Of a stretch of 64,000 nucleotides of DNA, positions 47,814 through 56,658 are shown piece by piece. The stretch lies in contig JAZUPL010000010.1 in the NCBI GenBank assembly GCA_045605175.1, forward strand, positions 420 to 64,419. Direction: 5' to 3'. Position 1 is the first letter of the stretch. Every line of letters starts with the position of its first letter. Source of the DNA: Eubacteriales bacterium. GTDB taxonomy: Bacteria; Bacillota; Clostridia; Oscillospirales; CAG-272. Both the position numbers and the translations under genes were made by a program. The notes under the pieces were generated by a model. That model was not told where the DNA came from, did not search any database, and saw nothing but the letters and a program-made list of their open reading frames with translations.

Positions 47814-48794
47814 TTACCTCTTGATTTCTTTGATAAGCATTGCAATAACGTCATCGGTAGAGAGATGATCGTTTACTGCATTAAAGTTTACCTTGATTCT
47901 GTGGCGAAGTACAGGCACGGCAAGGGCTGCAACGTCATCAAAGGATACGTTGTAACTGCCTCTTACAAGTGCGCGCACCTTGGCACAGGTGATAAGAGCC
48001 TGTGCGGCTCTGGGCGAGGCACCGTACTTGATGTACTTTCTGGCAACCGAGGACGCATTTTCAAGTTCGGGGTGAGTGCCTGCTACAAGATTAGCCGCAT
48101 AAAGGACAACCTCATCTATAACAGGAACGGTGGAGGCGAGGTCACGCATATCCAAAATCGTAGGCCCGTCAATAACCGCATCTGCGTTCTCGCCCATGGT
48201 TACCTGTGTCATATTTACAATATCGACAATTTCGCTTGCCGTGGGGAATGTCATTATCAGTTTGAAGAAGAAACGGTCCATCTGTGCCTCGGGAAGAGGA
48301 TATGTACCGTCCTGCTCTATCGGGTTCTCGGTAGCAAGAACGAAGAAAGGCTCGTCAAGCGTGTAGGTTGTGCCGCCTACGGTAATCTTATGCTCCTGCA
48401 TTACCTCAAGCATGGCAGACTGCGTCTTGGGGGTAGCACGGTTTATCTCATCGGCGAGTACCAAATTAGCAAAGATAGGTCCGCGGCGGAAGATAGAGTT
48501 CATTCTTCCCTCCGCATCCTTTTCGATAATATTAGATCCGGTGACGTCCGAGGGCATAAGGTCGGGGGTAAACTGTATTCTCGAAAACGGGAGGTTAAGA
48601 ATACGGCTAAGAGAACGGACAAGTCTGGTCTTACCTACTCCGGGGACACCCTCAAGAAGAACGTTACCACCTGCAATAATTGCAATAATAATGTTCTCTA
48701 CTACCTCATCCTGTCCTACTATATCCCTACGAAGTTGCTCTTTTATTGACTTTATTGCTTCGCTAAACTGTGTTATTCTTTCTGTATTTTCCAT
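47814..48794 (-). CDS. MoxR-family AAA+ ATPase
   Basis: 326 aa. Walker A GVPGVGKT, Walker B LADEINRATPKTQSAMLE, and PEAQMDRF typical of MoxR/AAA_3. Confidence 0.93.
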   Translation of the reverse strand: MENTERITQFSEAIKSIKEQLRRDIVGQDEVVENIIIAIIAGGNVLLEGVPGVGKTRLVRSLSRILNLPFSRIQFTPDLMPSDVTGSNIIEKDAEGRMNSIFRRGPIFANLVLADEINRATPKTQSAMLEVMQEHKITVGGTTYTLDEPFFVLATENPIEQDGTYPLPEAQMDRFFFKLIMTFPTASEIVDIVNMTQVTMGENADAVIDGPTILDMRDLASTVPVIDEVVLYAANLVAGTHPELENASSVARKYIKYGASPRAAQALITCAKVRALVRGSYNVSFDDVAALAVPVLRHRIKVNFNAVNDHLSTDDVIAMLIKEIKR

Positions 48795-48809
48795 TGTAAA
48801 AACCTTTCT

Positions 48810-50237
48810 TTATTTCATTTCCTCGGGTGTAAGGAGCAGGTCGAAATATTTTCTCGCTATTTCGGCAATCTCCTCGGATATCTCGCCCGACTGGTTGTCA
48901 AATATCGTGTAGTATTTATTGATGACTTCTTTGTATTTCGTAATCATATCAAGGTCGGGATCGTAAACCGAATCGTCACTGCCCACCATATTGTCACCCG
49001 AGCCATAGCCTCCGGTATTGTCACCGGTCAGGTCATCGTTGTTATCGTCATCGGGAGGTGTAACAGGTGCGTCGGTATCCGTCGAGGGCGGAGGCTCTAC
49101 TCCCTGTTCGGTAAGTTCGTCATCCGTTATCGAGAATATCCTGATTATCTCATTCATTGCGATGTTGGATATGCGCTGGTTGTCGGACTGCTGTAAAAAC
49201 GCAAGCGAAGTCGCAGCGCTTACCTCCTCGCACAAGTCATCAAGGTCGAGTGAGCCGCCGTCAAGGATATTGTTTATCCCATTCGCAAGCATAAGCATCG
49301 AGGCATAGAGGGCGTCCTCGTCGCTTGAAAGCGAAACCGATGATAGCGCCGAGGAAAGTTTGCTTGCGTACAGTGAAAGGACAATGCTACTGTCGGAGGC
49401 AGAGTCCACCGCGTCTATCAAATCCACAAATGCGTCAGTGAGCGTACTGTCAGAGAGTTTGGCTACCGCGTTACCGATAGTTTCAATTACCGCGTCGCCA
49501 CTTCCAAGAAATGCACGGGAAATAGATTCCGAGGAGTTGTACTCCAAAAGCATCGCTTTAATTTTTTTGACAGTATCTATTGCCGATGCCTTCATTTTAG
49601 GCTCTTCCTCGGTGCTCTCGATAGCGTCTATCAAATCTTCGATATTATCTACTATCCCATCGCGAAGCCCCTCTTCGGCAAACCTGTCAGAAGACACTCT
49701 CGTGATAAGTTGTTTAAGTTCAGCAATGCGCCAATTCTTCTCGTAACCGTCTATTATCGGGATCTCGGGCAATTCCTCGGCAACCGCGGGAACTACTATT
49801 CCGCACACGATAAACGAAAGGGCAAGAACGAGAGCCACGCAGGATGCCCAAATACGCTTGAACTTTATGGCGGAGTCGGGAATCTCGGCCATTCTACGTT
49901 CGGCGTCCTGTCGCTGAACTTCCACCATAGCGCCACTTTCGCCGACATAGGCAAGCATCGTCTGTGCCCTCTCGCCAAGTCCAAACTCATCATCTATGTA
50001 TCGTGCGACACGACGACGGCTCGGGCGAATAATAAGAAACAAAACGCCACCGACCAAAAGGGCAACTCCAAGACCTATTAAAGCAGAAACAAGCGGACTC
50101 AATACTATTATCTCTCGCTTTGAGAGTATCCACAAAAGAGCAAATATGGACACCCCACAAGATGCTCCGTATATACAAGACTTGATAATTGCGAAAAACA
50201 TAAGACGCCTACCAAATCTATTTAATCCGTCACTCAT
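48810..50237 (-). CDS. Three-TM membrane protein with long acidic Ser/Asp-rich extracytoplasmic region (possibly DUF4175-like); first gene of the MoxR operon
   Basis: ORF 48810..50252 (TTG). ATG 50237 follows AAAGGA. It has two N-terminal TMs, then RRRVARYIDDEFGLGERAQTMLAY, a third TM, a helical acidic region and a P/D-rich tract. The C-terminus reads KYKEVINKYYTIFD...ARKYFDLL. Confidence 0.6.
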   Translation of the reverse strand: MSDGLNRFGRRLMFFAIIKSCIYGASCGVSIFALLWILSKREIIVLSPLVSALIGLGVALLVGGVLFLIIRPSRRRVARYIDDEFGLGERAQTMLAYVGESGAMVEVQRQDAERRMAEIPDSAIKFKRIWASCVALVLALSFIVCGIVVPAVAEELPEIPIIDGYEKNWRIAELKQLITRVSSDRFAEEGLRDGIVDNIEDLIDAIESTEEEPKMKASAIDTVKKIKAMLLEYNSSESISRAFLGSGDAVIETIGNAVAKLSDSTLTDAFVDLIDAVDSASDSSIVLSLYASKLSSALSSVSLSSDEDALYASMLMLANGINNILDGGSLDLDDLCEEVSAATSLAFLQQSDNQRISNIAMNEIIRIFSITDDELTEQGVEPPPSTDTDAPVTPPDDDNNDDLTGDNTGGYGSGDNMVGSDDSVYDPDLDMITKYKEVINKYYTIFDNQSGEISEEIAEIARKYFDLLLTPEEMK

Positions 50238-50357
50238 TAAAAATCCTTTCAAAATAATAAATAAAAATACATAATTATATTATTTTAATATTTTAACACA
50301 TAAGTGAACAAAAGTCAACGGATTGCGAGCAAAAAAGCTCGTTTTATATTGTTTTTT

Positions 50358-50396
50358 ATAAAAACAAGGCGCTCGCACCTTAAACGCGAACGCCTT
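50358..50396 (-). terminator. Intrinsic terminator after the mscS-like gene
   Basis: The minus strand reads AAGGCG-loop-CGCCTT followed by GTTTTT. Confidence 0.65.
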
Positions 50397-50406
50397 TATT
50401 ATTCGG

Positions 50407-51282
50407 TTAGTCCTGCTTTACGTGTACGTCAAGCTGGTTAAAGGGAATCTCAATACCGTTTTCGTCAAATGCTGCCTTGACCGCCTCAAGAACGTCAAAG
50501 TTCACAGTCCAGTAGTCGGCACTATTTACCCAAACACGAGCCACAATGTCGATACTGCTTGCAGAATGGGAGGACATTCTAACCATATGCTCCGGCTCTT
50601 CAAGCGTCAACTCGTGAGATGTTATTATTTCGGTGATTATCCTTTGCGCCTTATTGAAGTCCGCCGAATAGGCTATGGAGAAGGTGAAGTCCACACGGCG
50701 AATATCCTTCTCGGAATAGTTGATTATATTACCCGATGAAAGCGCACCATTGGGCAGGTATATCACCTTGTTATCAGGTGTGCGAAGTTTGGTGCATACC
50801 ATATGTATGTCTTCAACCGTTCCGCTGACGCCCTGTGCCTCAATAAAGTCATCAATCTTAAAGGGGCGTGTTACCAAAATCAGAACGCCTCCTGCAACAT
50901 TGGAGAGTGCGCCGTTTACCGCAAGACCGATACACACACCAAAGGACGCCACAAGAGCAGTTAGCCCGCTGGTATCAATGCCGAGATATGCAACAAGGCA
51001 AATGCCCACCGCCACCTTTAATCCAATGCGGAAAATATAGGCTATCGTACGCATTACCGTCTTGTCAAACTTGCCGCCCTCACCTCTTTTCTCAATCCTT
51101 CTCGAAAGAGAGTTGATAATCTTAAAGGTAACTATAAGAATTACCATTGCGATAACAATTTTAATACCCGTGTTAAGACACCATGATACAATAGTGTTCC
51201 AAACCGTGCCAAGCACTGCCGACCAATCTACGCTTGCTGTCGTGTCGGCGTTACCTGTTGTTTCTAACAATGTATTAAACAT
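50407..51282 (-). CDS. Small-conductance mechanosensitive channel (MscS family)
   Basis: 291 aa with three N-terminal TMs. The pore-helix region is LALVASFGVCIGLAVNGALSNVAGGVLILVTRPFKIDD, followed by a beta domain. Confidence 0.88.
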   Translation of the reverse strand: MFNTLLETTGNADTTASVDWSAVLGTVWNTIVSWCLNTGIKIVIAMVILIVTFKIINSLSRRIEKRGEGGKFDKTVMRTIAYIFRIGLKVAVGICLVAYLGIDTSGLTALVASFGVCIGLAVNGALSNVAGGVLILVTRPFKIDDFIEAQGVSGTVEDIHMVCTKLRTPDNKVIYLPNGALSSGNIINYSEKDIRRVDFTFSIAYSADFNKAQRIITEIITSHELTLEEPEHMVRMSSHSASSIDIVARVWVNSADYWTVNFDVLEAVKAAFDENGIEIPFNQLDVHVKQD

Positions 51283-51308
51283 ATTTTTTTCCTTTCGTTT
51301 TTGATTTT

Positions 51309-51337
51309 ATTATAGCATAAATTACATCTGTTGTCAA
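51309..51337 (-). promoter_or_regulatory. Consensus sigma-A promoter of the mscS-like gene
   Basis: The minus strand reads TTGACA-17 nt-TATAAT. Confidence 0.6.
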
Positions 51338-51374
51338 ACACCAATTCTTTACATTTGTTTCATTTTTTCATTTA

Positions 51375-51956
51375 TCAATTCTTTTTTTCCATAATTCGCA
51401 TTTTTAGGTGCTTTCTCAGGGTTGACTGCGCTACGTCAGCACTAACTCTGCCCGAAGAGATAAGGCTCACTGCACCGTAAACCAAAGAGAGCGTATAAAG
51501 CGAGAGGTCTTCTGCTTCTATACCCGTTTGCCTCGAAAGTGTTTGGCAAGCATCTATGATAGGCGTATCAAACTGCAAAAGTTCACCCGAGTGACGGGGG
51601 TTTTGCCCTATGGCAAGAAGGGCGGAATGAAAATTGCCGTTGCCTATCCAAAATCGCACCATAGAGGCGGCAAGTCCCAAAAGCCGCTCGTTGGCACTGT
51701 CCCTATAAATCTCGCAAATACTATCGCACAAAAGTAGCCAGTCCTTGCACATATAACCTATAATTTCAAGGATAAGGTCATCCTTGTCACGAAAATGTCT
51801 ATATGGTGCGGCACAGGAAACCTGGGCGCATACGGCAACCCTACGCAGAGAAAAATCACCGATACCGTGCTCGCCAAGTTCACGCAGACCCGCTCTTATC
51901 AGTCGCATTCGCACGCTTCTTTCGTCCTCTTTGTCTTTAATCTTTACCCCTGACAT
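51375..51956 (-). CDS. TetR/AcrR-family transcriptional regulator
   Basis: 193 aa with the N-terminal HTH RLIRAGLRELGEHGIGDFSLRRVAVCAQVSCAAPYRHF. AGGAGG RBS. It is divergent from the aro operon. Confidence 0.85.
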   Translation of the reverse strand: MSGVKIKDKEDERSVRMRLIRAGLRELGEHGIGDFSLRRVAVCAQVSCAAPYRHFRDKDDLILEIIGYMCKDWLLLCDSICEIYRDSANERLLGLAASMVRFWIGNGNFHSALLAIGQNPRHSGELLQFDTPIIDACQTLSRQTGIEAEDLSLYTLSLVYGAVSLISSGRVSADVAQSTLRKHLKMRIMEKKN

Positions 51957-51975
51957 TATCTACCTCCTAATGAAT

Positions 51976-51994
51976 AAGTTAACACTATTAACAT
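51976..51994. promoter_or_regulatory. Putative TetR operator O1 (imperfect copy), in the tetR promoter/leader
   Basis: AAGTTAACAcTATTAACAT matches O2 at 16 of 19 positions. It lies immediately downstream of a minus-strand TTGCAT-17-TAAAAT promoter. Confidence 0.5.
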
Positions 51995-52043
51995 AGATTT
52001 TATCATATGTTTATGAAAAATGCAATAGGTTTGTTAAAAACTA

Positions 52044-52071
52044 TTGACAAACCTGCATTAATGAGTATAAT
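52044..52071 (+). promoter_or_regulatory. Sigma-A-type promoter of the aromatic amino-acid operon
   Basis: TTGACA-16 nt-TATAAT, about 55 nt upstream of the pheA ATG. Confidence 0.6.
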
Positions 52072-52090
52072 ATATGTAACTTATAGGGCT

Positions 52091-52109
52091 ATGTTAACAG
52101 TGTTAACAT
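52091..52109. promoter_or_regulatory. Putative TetR operator O2: perfect 9-1-9 palindrome between the aro promoter and the pheA RBS
   Basis: ATGTTAACA-g-TGTTAACAT is a perfect inverted repeat, located between the -10 box and the GGAG RBS. Confidence 0.55.
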
Positions 52110-52126
52110 AGTGAATTGGAGATTTT

Positions 52127-53221
52127 ATGTTAGACAAACTTAAAGAAGCGAGAAGAATGATAAACGAGATTGATCGAGAGATGGCAGAACTCTTTGTCAA
52201 GAGAATGCGTGCGGCAGAAATAGTAGCCGCCTACAAGGGCGAAAATGGTCTGCCGATACTCGACGAGGCGAGAGAGGAAGAACTTATCAAGGTAAACTCG
52301 ACCTATATTGAGGACGAGGTATTGCTCGAATACTATGTAAGCTTTATAAAGTTAAACATGGAGATTTCTCGTCGATACCAGTCAAGACTGTTAGAGGGAA
52401 TGAAGGTTGCCTACTGTGGCACTGTTGGTGCTTACGCCCATTTGGCGGCGAGAAAGCACTTCCCCCATTCGACACAGGTTGCATATCCAAGTTTTAGTGC
52501 TGCATACGAGGCGGTGGTAAACGGCGAGTGCGACGTGGCGGTGCTTCCCGTGGAAAACAGTTTTCAGGGTGACGTGGGACAGGTAACAGACCTGATGTTC
52601 TCCGGCAATCTCTATGTAAACTCTATGTTTGATATGGCTATAAGTCACGACCTGCTTGCTCCTGTGGGTGCAACGCTTGAGGATATTCGCACCGTGGTAA
52701 GCCACCCACAGGCTCTCGGACAGTGTCGGGATATAATCACCGAAAGAGGTTATGCGACGATAGAATATTCGAACACCGCTTTGGCGGCCGAATACGTAGC
52801 AAACAAGGGTGATAAAACCATCGGGGCGATAGCAAGCGAAGAAGCGAGCGAAATCTTTGGTCTTGCGGTTCTTGAAAGAAACATAAATTCCGCACGAAAC
52901 AACACTACTCGCTTTGCCGTATTCTCCAGGGTTATGAATCAACACTCCTCAAAGGAAATGGGTGTATGCTCGATAATACTTTTCACGGTTAGAAACGAAG
53001 CGGGCGCGCTTGCTCGAGCGATTGAAATAATAGGTAGGCATGGATTTAATATGCGTTCGTTGCGCTCTCGCCCGATGAAGGAATTACTCTGGCAGTATTA
53101 CTTCTATGTCGAGGCAGAAGGCAACATAAACACAGACGAGGGCAGGGCTATGCTCGAAGAACTCGAACTCCACTGTGACAGACTCTCGGCGGTGGGAACA
53201 TTTACAAAAAGGGAGATTTGA
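52127..53221 (+). CDS. pheA: Bifunctional chorismate mutase / prephenate dehydratase (P-protein)
   Basis: 364 aa. N-terminal AroQ-class CM (INEIDREMAELFVKRMRAA), a PDT domain (VAYCGTVGAYAHLAA...VLPVENS) and a C-terminal ACT domain. Confidence 0.92.
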   Translation: MLDKLKEARRMINEIDREMAELFVKRMRAAEIVAAYKGENGLPILDEAREEELIKVNSTYIEDEVLLEYYVSFIKLNMEISRRYQSRLLEGMKVAYCGTVGAYAHLAARKHFPHSTQVAYPSFSAAYEAVVNGECDVAVLPVENSFQGDVGQVTDLMFSGNLYVNSMFDMAISHDLLAPVGATLEDIRTVVSHPQALGQCRDIITERGYATIEYSNTALAAEYVANKGDKTIGAIASEEASEIFGLAVLERNINSARNNTTRFAVFSRVMNQHSSKEMGVCSIILFTVRNEAGALARAIEIIGRHGFNMRSLRSRPMKELLWQYYFYVEAEGNINTDEGRAMLEELELHCDRLSAVGTFTKREI

Positions 53222-53222
53222 T

Positions 53223-54248
53223 ATGACGGCAATGACGGTTAATTTAGGCGAACGCTCCTACGAAATACATATCGGTAAAAATCTTCTTAACAAGGCGGGC
53301 GAGTTATTCAATCTCGACCGACGGGCGCTTATTCTAACAGATGAAAACGTGCCAAAAGAATATTCCTTGACAGTAGCGAAATGCTGTAAAGAAGCAGAGA
53401 TTTTGACGCTCGCTTCAGGCGAGGGAACAAAGAGCCTTGCCATATTTGAGCAGGTGCTCTTAAAAATGGTAGAAATGAATATGACAAGGAGCGACTGTCT
53501 TGTGGCGGTGGGTGGCGGAGTTATAGGCGACCTTGCAGGCTTTGCTGCCTCCTCTTATATGCGTGGGATAGATTTTTACAACATTCCTACTACTTTGCTT
53601 GCTCAGGTTGACTCCTCTATCGGTGGAAAGACCGCAGTAAATCTCGGTGGTGTAAAAAATATAGTCGGTGCTTTCTATCAACCTAAAGGGGTTTTGATAG
53701 ACACAGAAACGCTTAAAACCCTGCCCGAAAGACACTATGCCGCAGGACTTTGCGAGGCTATAAAAATGGCTCTGTGCTTCGATAAAGAACTCTTCGAATG
53801 TTTTGAAGAAAAAGATTACTGCTATATTAAAGAAAATATTGAGTTTTATATCACTAAAGCGCTTGATATAAAAAGAAAGGTCGTAGAGTCGGACGAGCGA
53901 GAAAAGGGACTACGCAAGGCTCTAAACTTCGGGCATACATTAGGTCACGGAATAGAGTCGGCAGAGACGCTCGGCGAACTCTATCACGGAGAGTGCGTTT
54001 CTCTCGGTATGCTACCCTTCTGTTCGGACGAGGTGAAAGAAAGACTCGTTTCGATATTAACTAAGGTTGGTCTTCCAACACAGTATAAAGGGGATTTACG
54101 CAAGGTTATAGAATTTGCTACCCACGATAAGAAGAATACAGTTGGCGGTTGCGATGCAGTCTTTGTCGAGCGGGTGGGTGAGTGCTTTTTCCGTATGGTG
54201 AGCATAGAGGATTTAGAAGAACTCGCAAAGAGAGCCTATTTATCATAA
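53223..54248 (+). CDS. aroB: 3-Dehydroquinate synthase
   Basis: ORF 53175..54248. The ATG at 53223 lies just after the pheA stop. Motifs GGGVIGDLAGFAASSYMRGI, VDSSIGGKTAVN and FGHTLGHGIE. Confidence 0.93.
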   Translation: MTAMTVNLGERSYEIHIGKNLLNKAGELFNLDRRALILTDENVPKEYSLTVAKCCKEAEILTLASGEGTKSLAIFEQVLLKMVEMNMTRSDCLVAVGGGVIGDLAGFAASSYMRGIDFYNIPTTLLAQVDSSIGGKTAVNLGGVKNIVGAFYQPKGVLIDTETLKTLPERHYAAGLCEAIKMALCFDKELFECFEEKDYCYIKENIEFYITKALDIKRKVVESDEREKGLRKALNFGHTLGHGIESAETLGELYHGECVSLGMLPFCSDEVKERLVSILTKVGLPTQYKGDLRKVIEFATHDKKNTVGGCDAVFVERVGECFFRMVSIEDLEELAKRAYLS

Positions 54249-54310
54249 CAATAGTTTACATTATATTAAAACATCGGGGGGCGTGTCAAATTTGCCCCAC
54301 AGGAGAAGAT

Positions 54311-55411
54311 ATGAAAAATTCTTTTGGTAACCAGATTTGTGTCACACTTTTTGGCGAGAGTCACGGCGAATATATCGGAGCGACACTTGACGGGGTGGCT
54401 GCAGGAATTAAAATTGACGAGGAAAACATCAAACTAAGGCTCGGTCAAAGAAGACCGCAGGGCTATATATCTACGTCAAGAGTAGAGGCGGACGAATATA
54501 TATTTGCCAGCGGTGCATACAGAGGTTACACCACAGGCTCGCCTCTTACAATTATCATAAAAAACGAGTGTGCTAACAGTTCTGACTACTCGGAATTTGT
54601 TACACGCCCTCGCCCCTCGCACGCAGATTATGTGGCAGGGGTAAAATATAACGGATACCAAGACCCAAGAGGTGGGGGACACTTCTCCGGCAGAATTACC
54701 GCACCGCTTGTGGCTGTGGGCGCTATTTTAGAGTCGGCGCTTCGGGACAAGGGCATCTATATTGGCACGCATATTTCAAGAATTCAGGAGATCGAGGACT
54801 CTCATTTTTCGGATTTTTTAGAAGATATAAAAGCGCTTAACTTGACACAGTTCCCCACATTAAATGAGGAAGTGGGCAAGAGAATGATAGAGAGAATCAC
54901 CCACGCAAGAGATAACTCGGACAGTGTTGGCGGTGTTCTTGAAACTGCAGTTGTCGGTATGCCTGTCGGTGTCGGCGAGCCTTGGTTTGACTCGGTGGAG
55001 TCTATGCTATCACACGTGCTTTTCTCTATCCCGGGAATTAAAGGTGTGGAATTTGGCCTTGGCTTTGGCTTTGCCGACTGCTACGGCTCACAGGCTAACG
55101 ACCCCTTCCTATTTGATGGCGAAAGAGTTATCACAAAAACTAATAATAACGGTGGAATAAACGGCGGTATTACAAACGGTATGCCTATCATTTTTCGTTG
55201 TGCAGTTAGACCAACTCCTTCTATTTACAGAGAACAGAAAACCGTGAATTTAGAGTCGGGCGAAAACACTACTCTTCAAATTAAGGGCAGGCACGACCCT
55301 GCTATTATACACAGAATTCGTGCAGTTGTCGATGCAGTTACTGCTATTACTCTTGCCGATCTGCTTGTAACGAAATACGGTACAGACTTCCTTTTGGGAG
55401 GGGAGAAATGA
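54311..55411 (+). CDS. aroC: Chorismate synthase
   Basis: ORF 54182..55411. ATG 54311 follows AGGAGA. Motifs FGESHG, RRPQG, RPSHADY and GRHDPAI. Confidence 0.93.
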   Translation: MKNSFGNQICVTLFGESHGEYIGATLDGVAAGIKIDEENIKLRLGQRRPQGYISTSRVEADEYIFASGAYRGYTTGSPLTIIIKNECANSSDYSEFVTRPRPSHADYVAGVKYNGYQDPRGGGHFSGRITAPLVAVGAILESALRDKGIYIGTHISRIQEIEDSHFSDFLEDIKALNLTQFPTLNEEVGKRMIERITHARDNSDSVGGVLETAVVGMPVGVGEPWFDSVESMLSHVLFSIPGIKGVEFGLGFGFADCYGSQANDPFLFDGERVITKTNNNGGINGGITNGMPIIFRCAVRPTPSIYREQKTVNLESGENTTLQIKGRHDPAIIHRIRAVVDAVTAITLADLLVTKYGTDFLLGGEK

Positions 55412-56646
55412 AATACGGTTGTATAGGCGAAAAACTTTCGCACAGTTTTTCTCGTGAAATCCACTCTCTGCTTGCCGATTATCCTTATGAGTTATACGAG
55501 GTGGCGAGAGAGGATCTTGACACCTTTATCAAGGTTGCCGACTTTACCGCAATAAATGTTACAATTCCATATAAGGAAATGGTTTTATGCCACCTTGATG
55601 AAATCGACGAACACGCAAAACTTATCGGTGCTGTAAACACCGTAGTAAAAAGAAACGGCAAACTGTACGGCTATAACACCGACTTTTTCGGTATGTCAAA
55701 ACTTCTTGAACACGCGGGGATTTGTCCGAGGGGCAAAAAGGCTCTAATTCTCGGCTCGGGTGGTACGGCAAAAACCGCCAGAGCAGTGCTTGAATACCTC
55801 GGTGCAAGAATGATAATAACCGTAGGCAGACGGGCAAAGGATGGCGTTATTGACTATGAAACGGCCCTTAACATTCATACAGATGCCGAGATAATAATAA
55901 ACACAACACCTGTGGGAATGTACCCTACTGTTGATGCCTGCCCTATTGATATAGGTAGGTTTAATTCGCTTGAGGGCGTAATTGACGCTATATATAATCC
56001 ACTGAGGACGAGGCTTATTTTAGATGCGAAAAAGCGAGGAATAGCCGCCGAGGGCGGACTCTATATGTTAGTAGCACAGGCAGTGCGTGCGAGCGAAATA
56101 TTCCTTGGCACTACATATCCCGAAGACACGGTGGAAAAGGTTTATCAAAAAATTCTAAGAGAGAAAGAAAACATCGTGCTTATAGGTATGCCTGCTTCGG
56201 GTAAAAGTACGGTGGGCGGTATAATATCAAAGAGGCTATCAAGAGAACTGCTTGACACAGACGAACTTATAAAAGTGGAGTGCGGTTGCGAAATACAGGA
56301 AATTTTCGAGAGATTCTCGGAGGAGCATTTTCGAAATATAGAGAGTAGAATTGTAAATAATTGTTCACTATTTAATAACAAAATTCTCGCCACGGGTGGG
56401 GGTGTCGTGCTAAATCGCAGTAATATTGACCACCTAAGCCAAAACGGCAAAATATACTTTATCGACCGTCCCTTACATCTGCTTATTCCAACCGAGGATA
56501 GACCTCTTGCAAGCACAAAAGACGCAATAGAAAAGAGGTTTATTGAAAGATATGAACTATATCTATCCCTATGCGACAAACGTATTGTTGCAGACAAGGG
56601 CGCGACAGCGGTAGCAGAAGAAATTATCAGCGACTTTTATAACTAA
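55408..56646 (+). CDS. aroE/aroK: Fused shikimate dehydrogenase / shikimate kinase
   Basis: 412 aa. The N-terminal ~270 aa is AroE-like (SHSFSREIH..., GAVNTVV, LGSGGTAKTA). The C-terminal ~150 aa is AroK-like (Walker A GMPASGKSTVG, LDTDELI). ATGA overlap with aroC. Confidence 0.88.
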   Translation: MKYGCIGEKLSHSFSREIHSLLADYPYELYEVAREDLDTFIKVADFTAINVTIPYKEMVLCHLDEIDEHAKLIGAVNTVVKRNGKLYGYNTDFFGMSKLLEHAGICPRGKKALILGSGGTAKTARAVLEYLGARMIITVGRRAKDGVIDYETALNIHTDAEIIINTTPVGMYPTVDACPIDIGRFNSLEGVIDAIYNPLRTRLILDAKKRGIAAEGGLYMLVAQAVRASEIFLGTTYPEDTVEKVYQKILREKENIVLIGMPASGKSTVGGIISKRLSRELLDTDELIKVECGCEIQEIFERFSEEHFRNIESRIVNNCSLFNNKILATGGGVVLNRSNIDHLSQNGKIYFIDRPLHLLIPTEDRPLASTKDAIEKRFIERYELYLSLCDKRIVADKGATAVAEEIISDFYN

Positions 56647-56658
56647 AGAGGAAAAACA

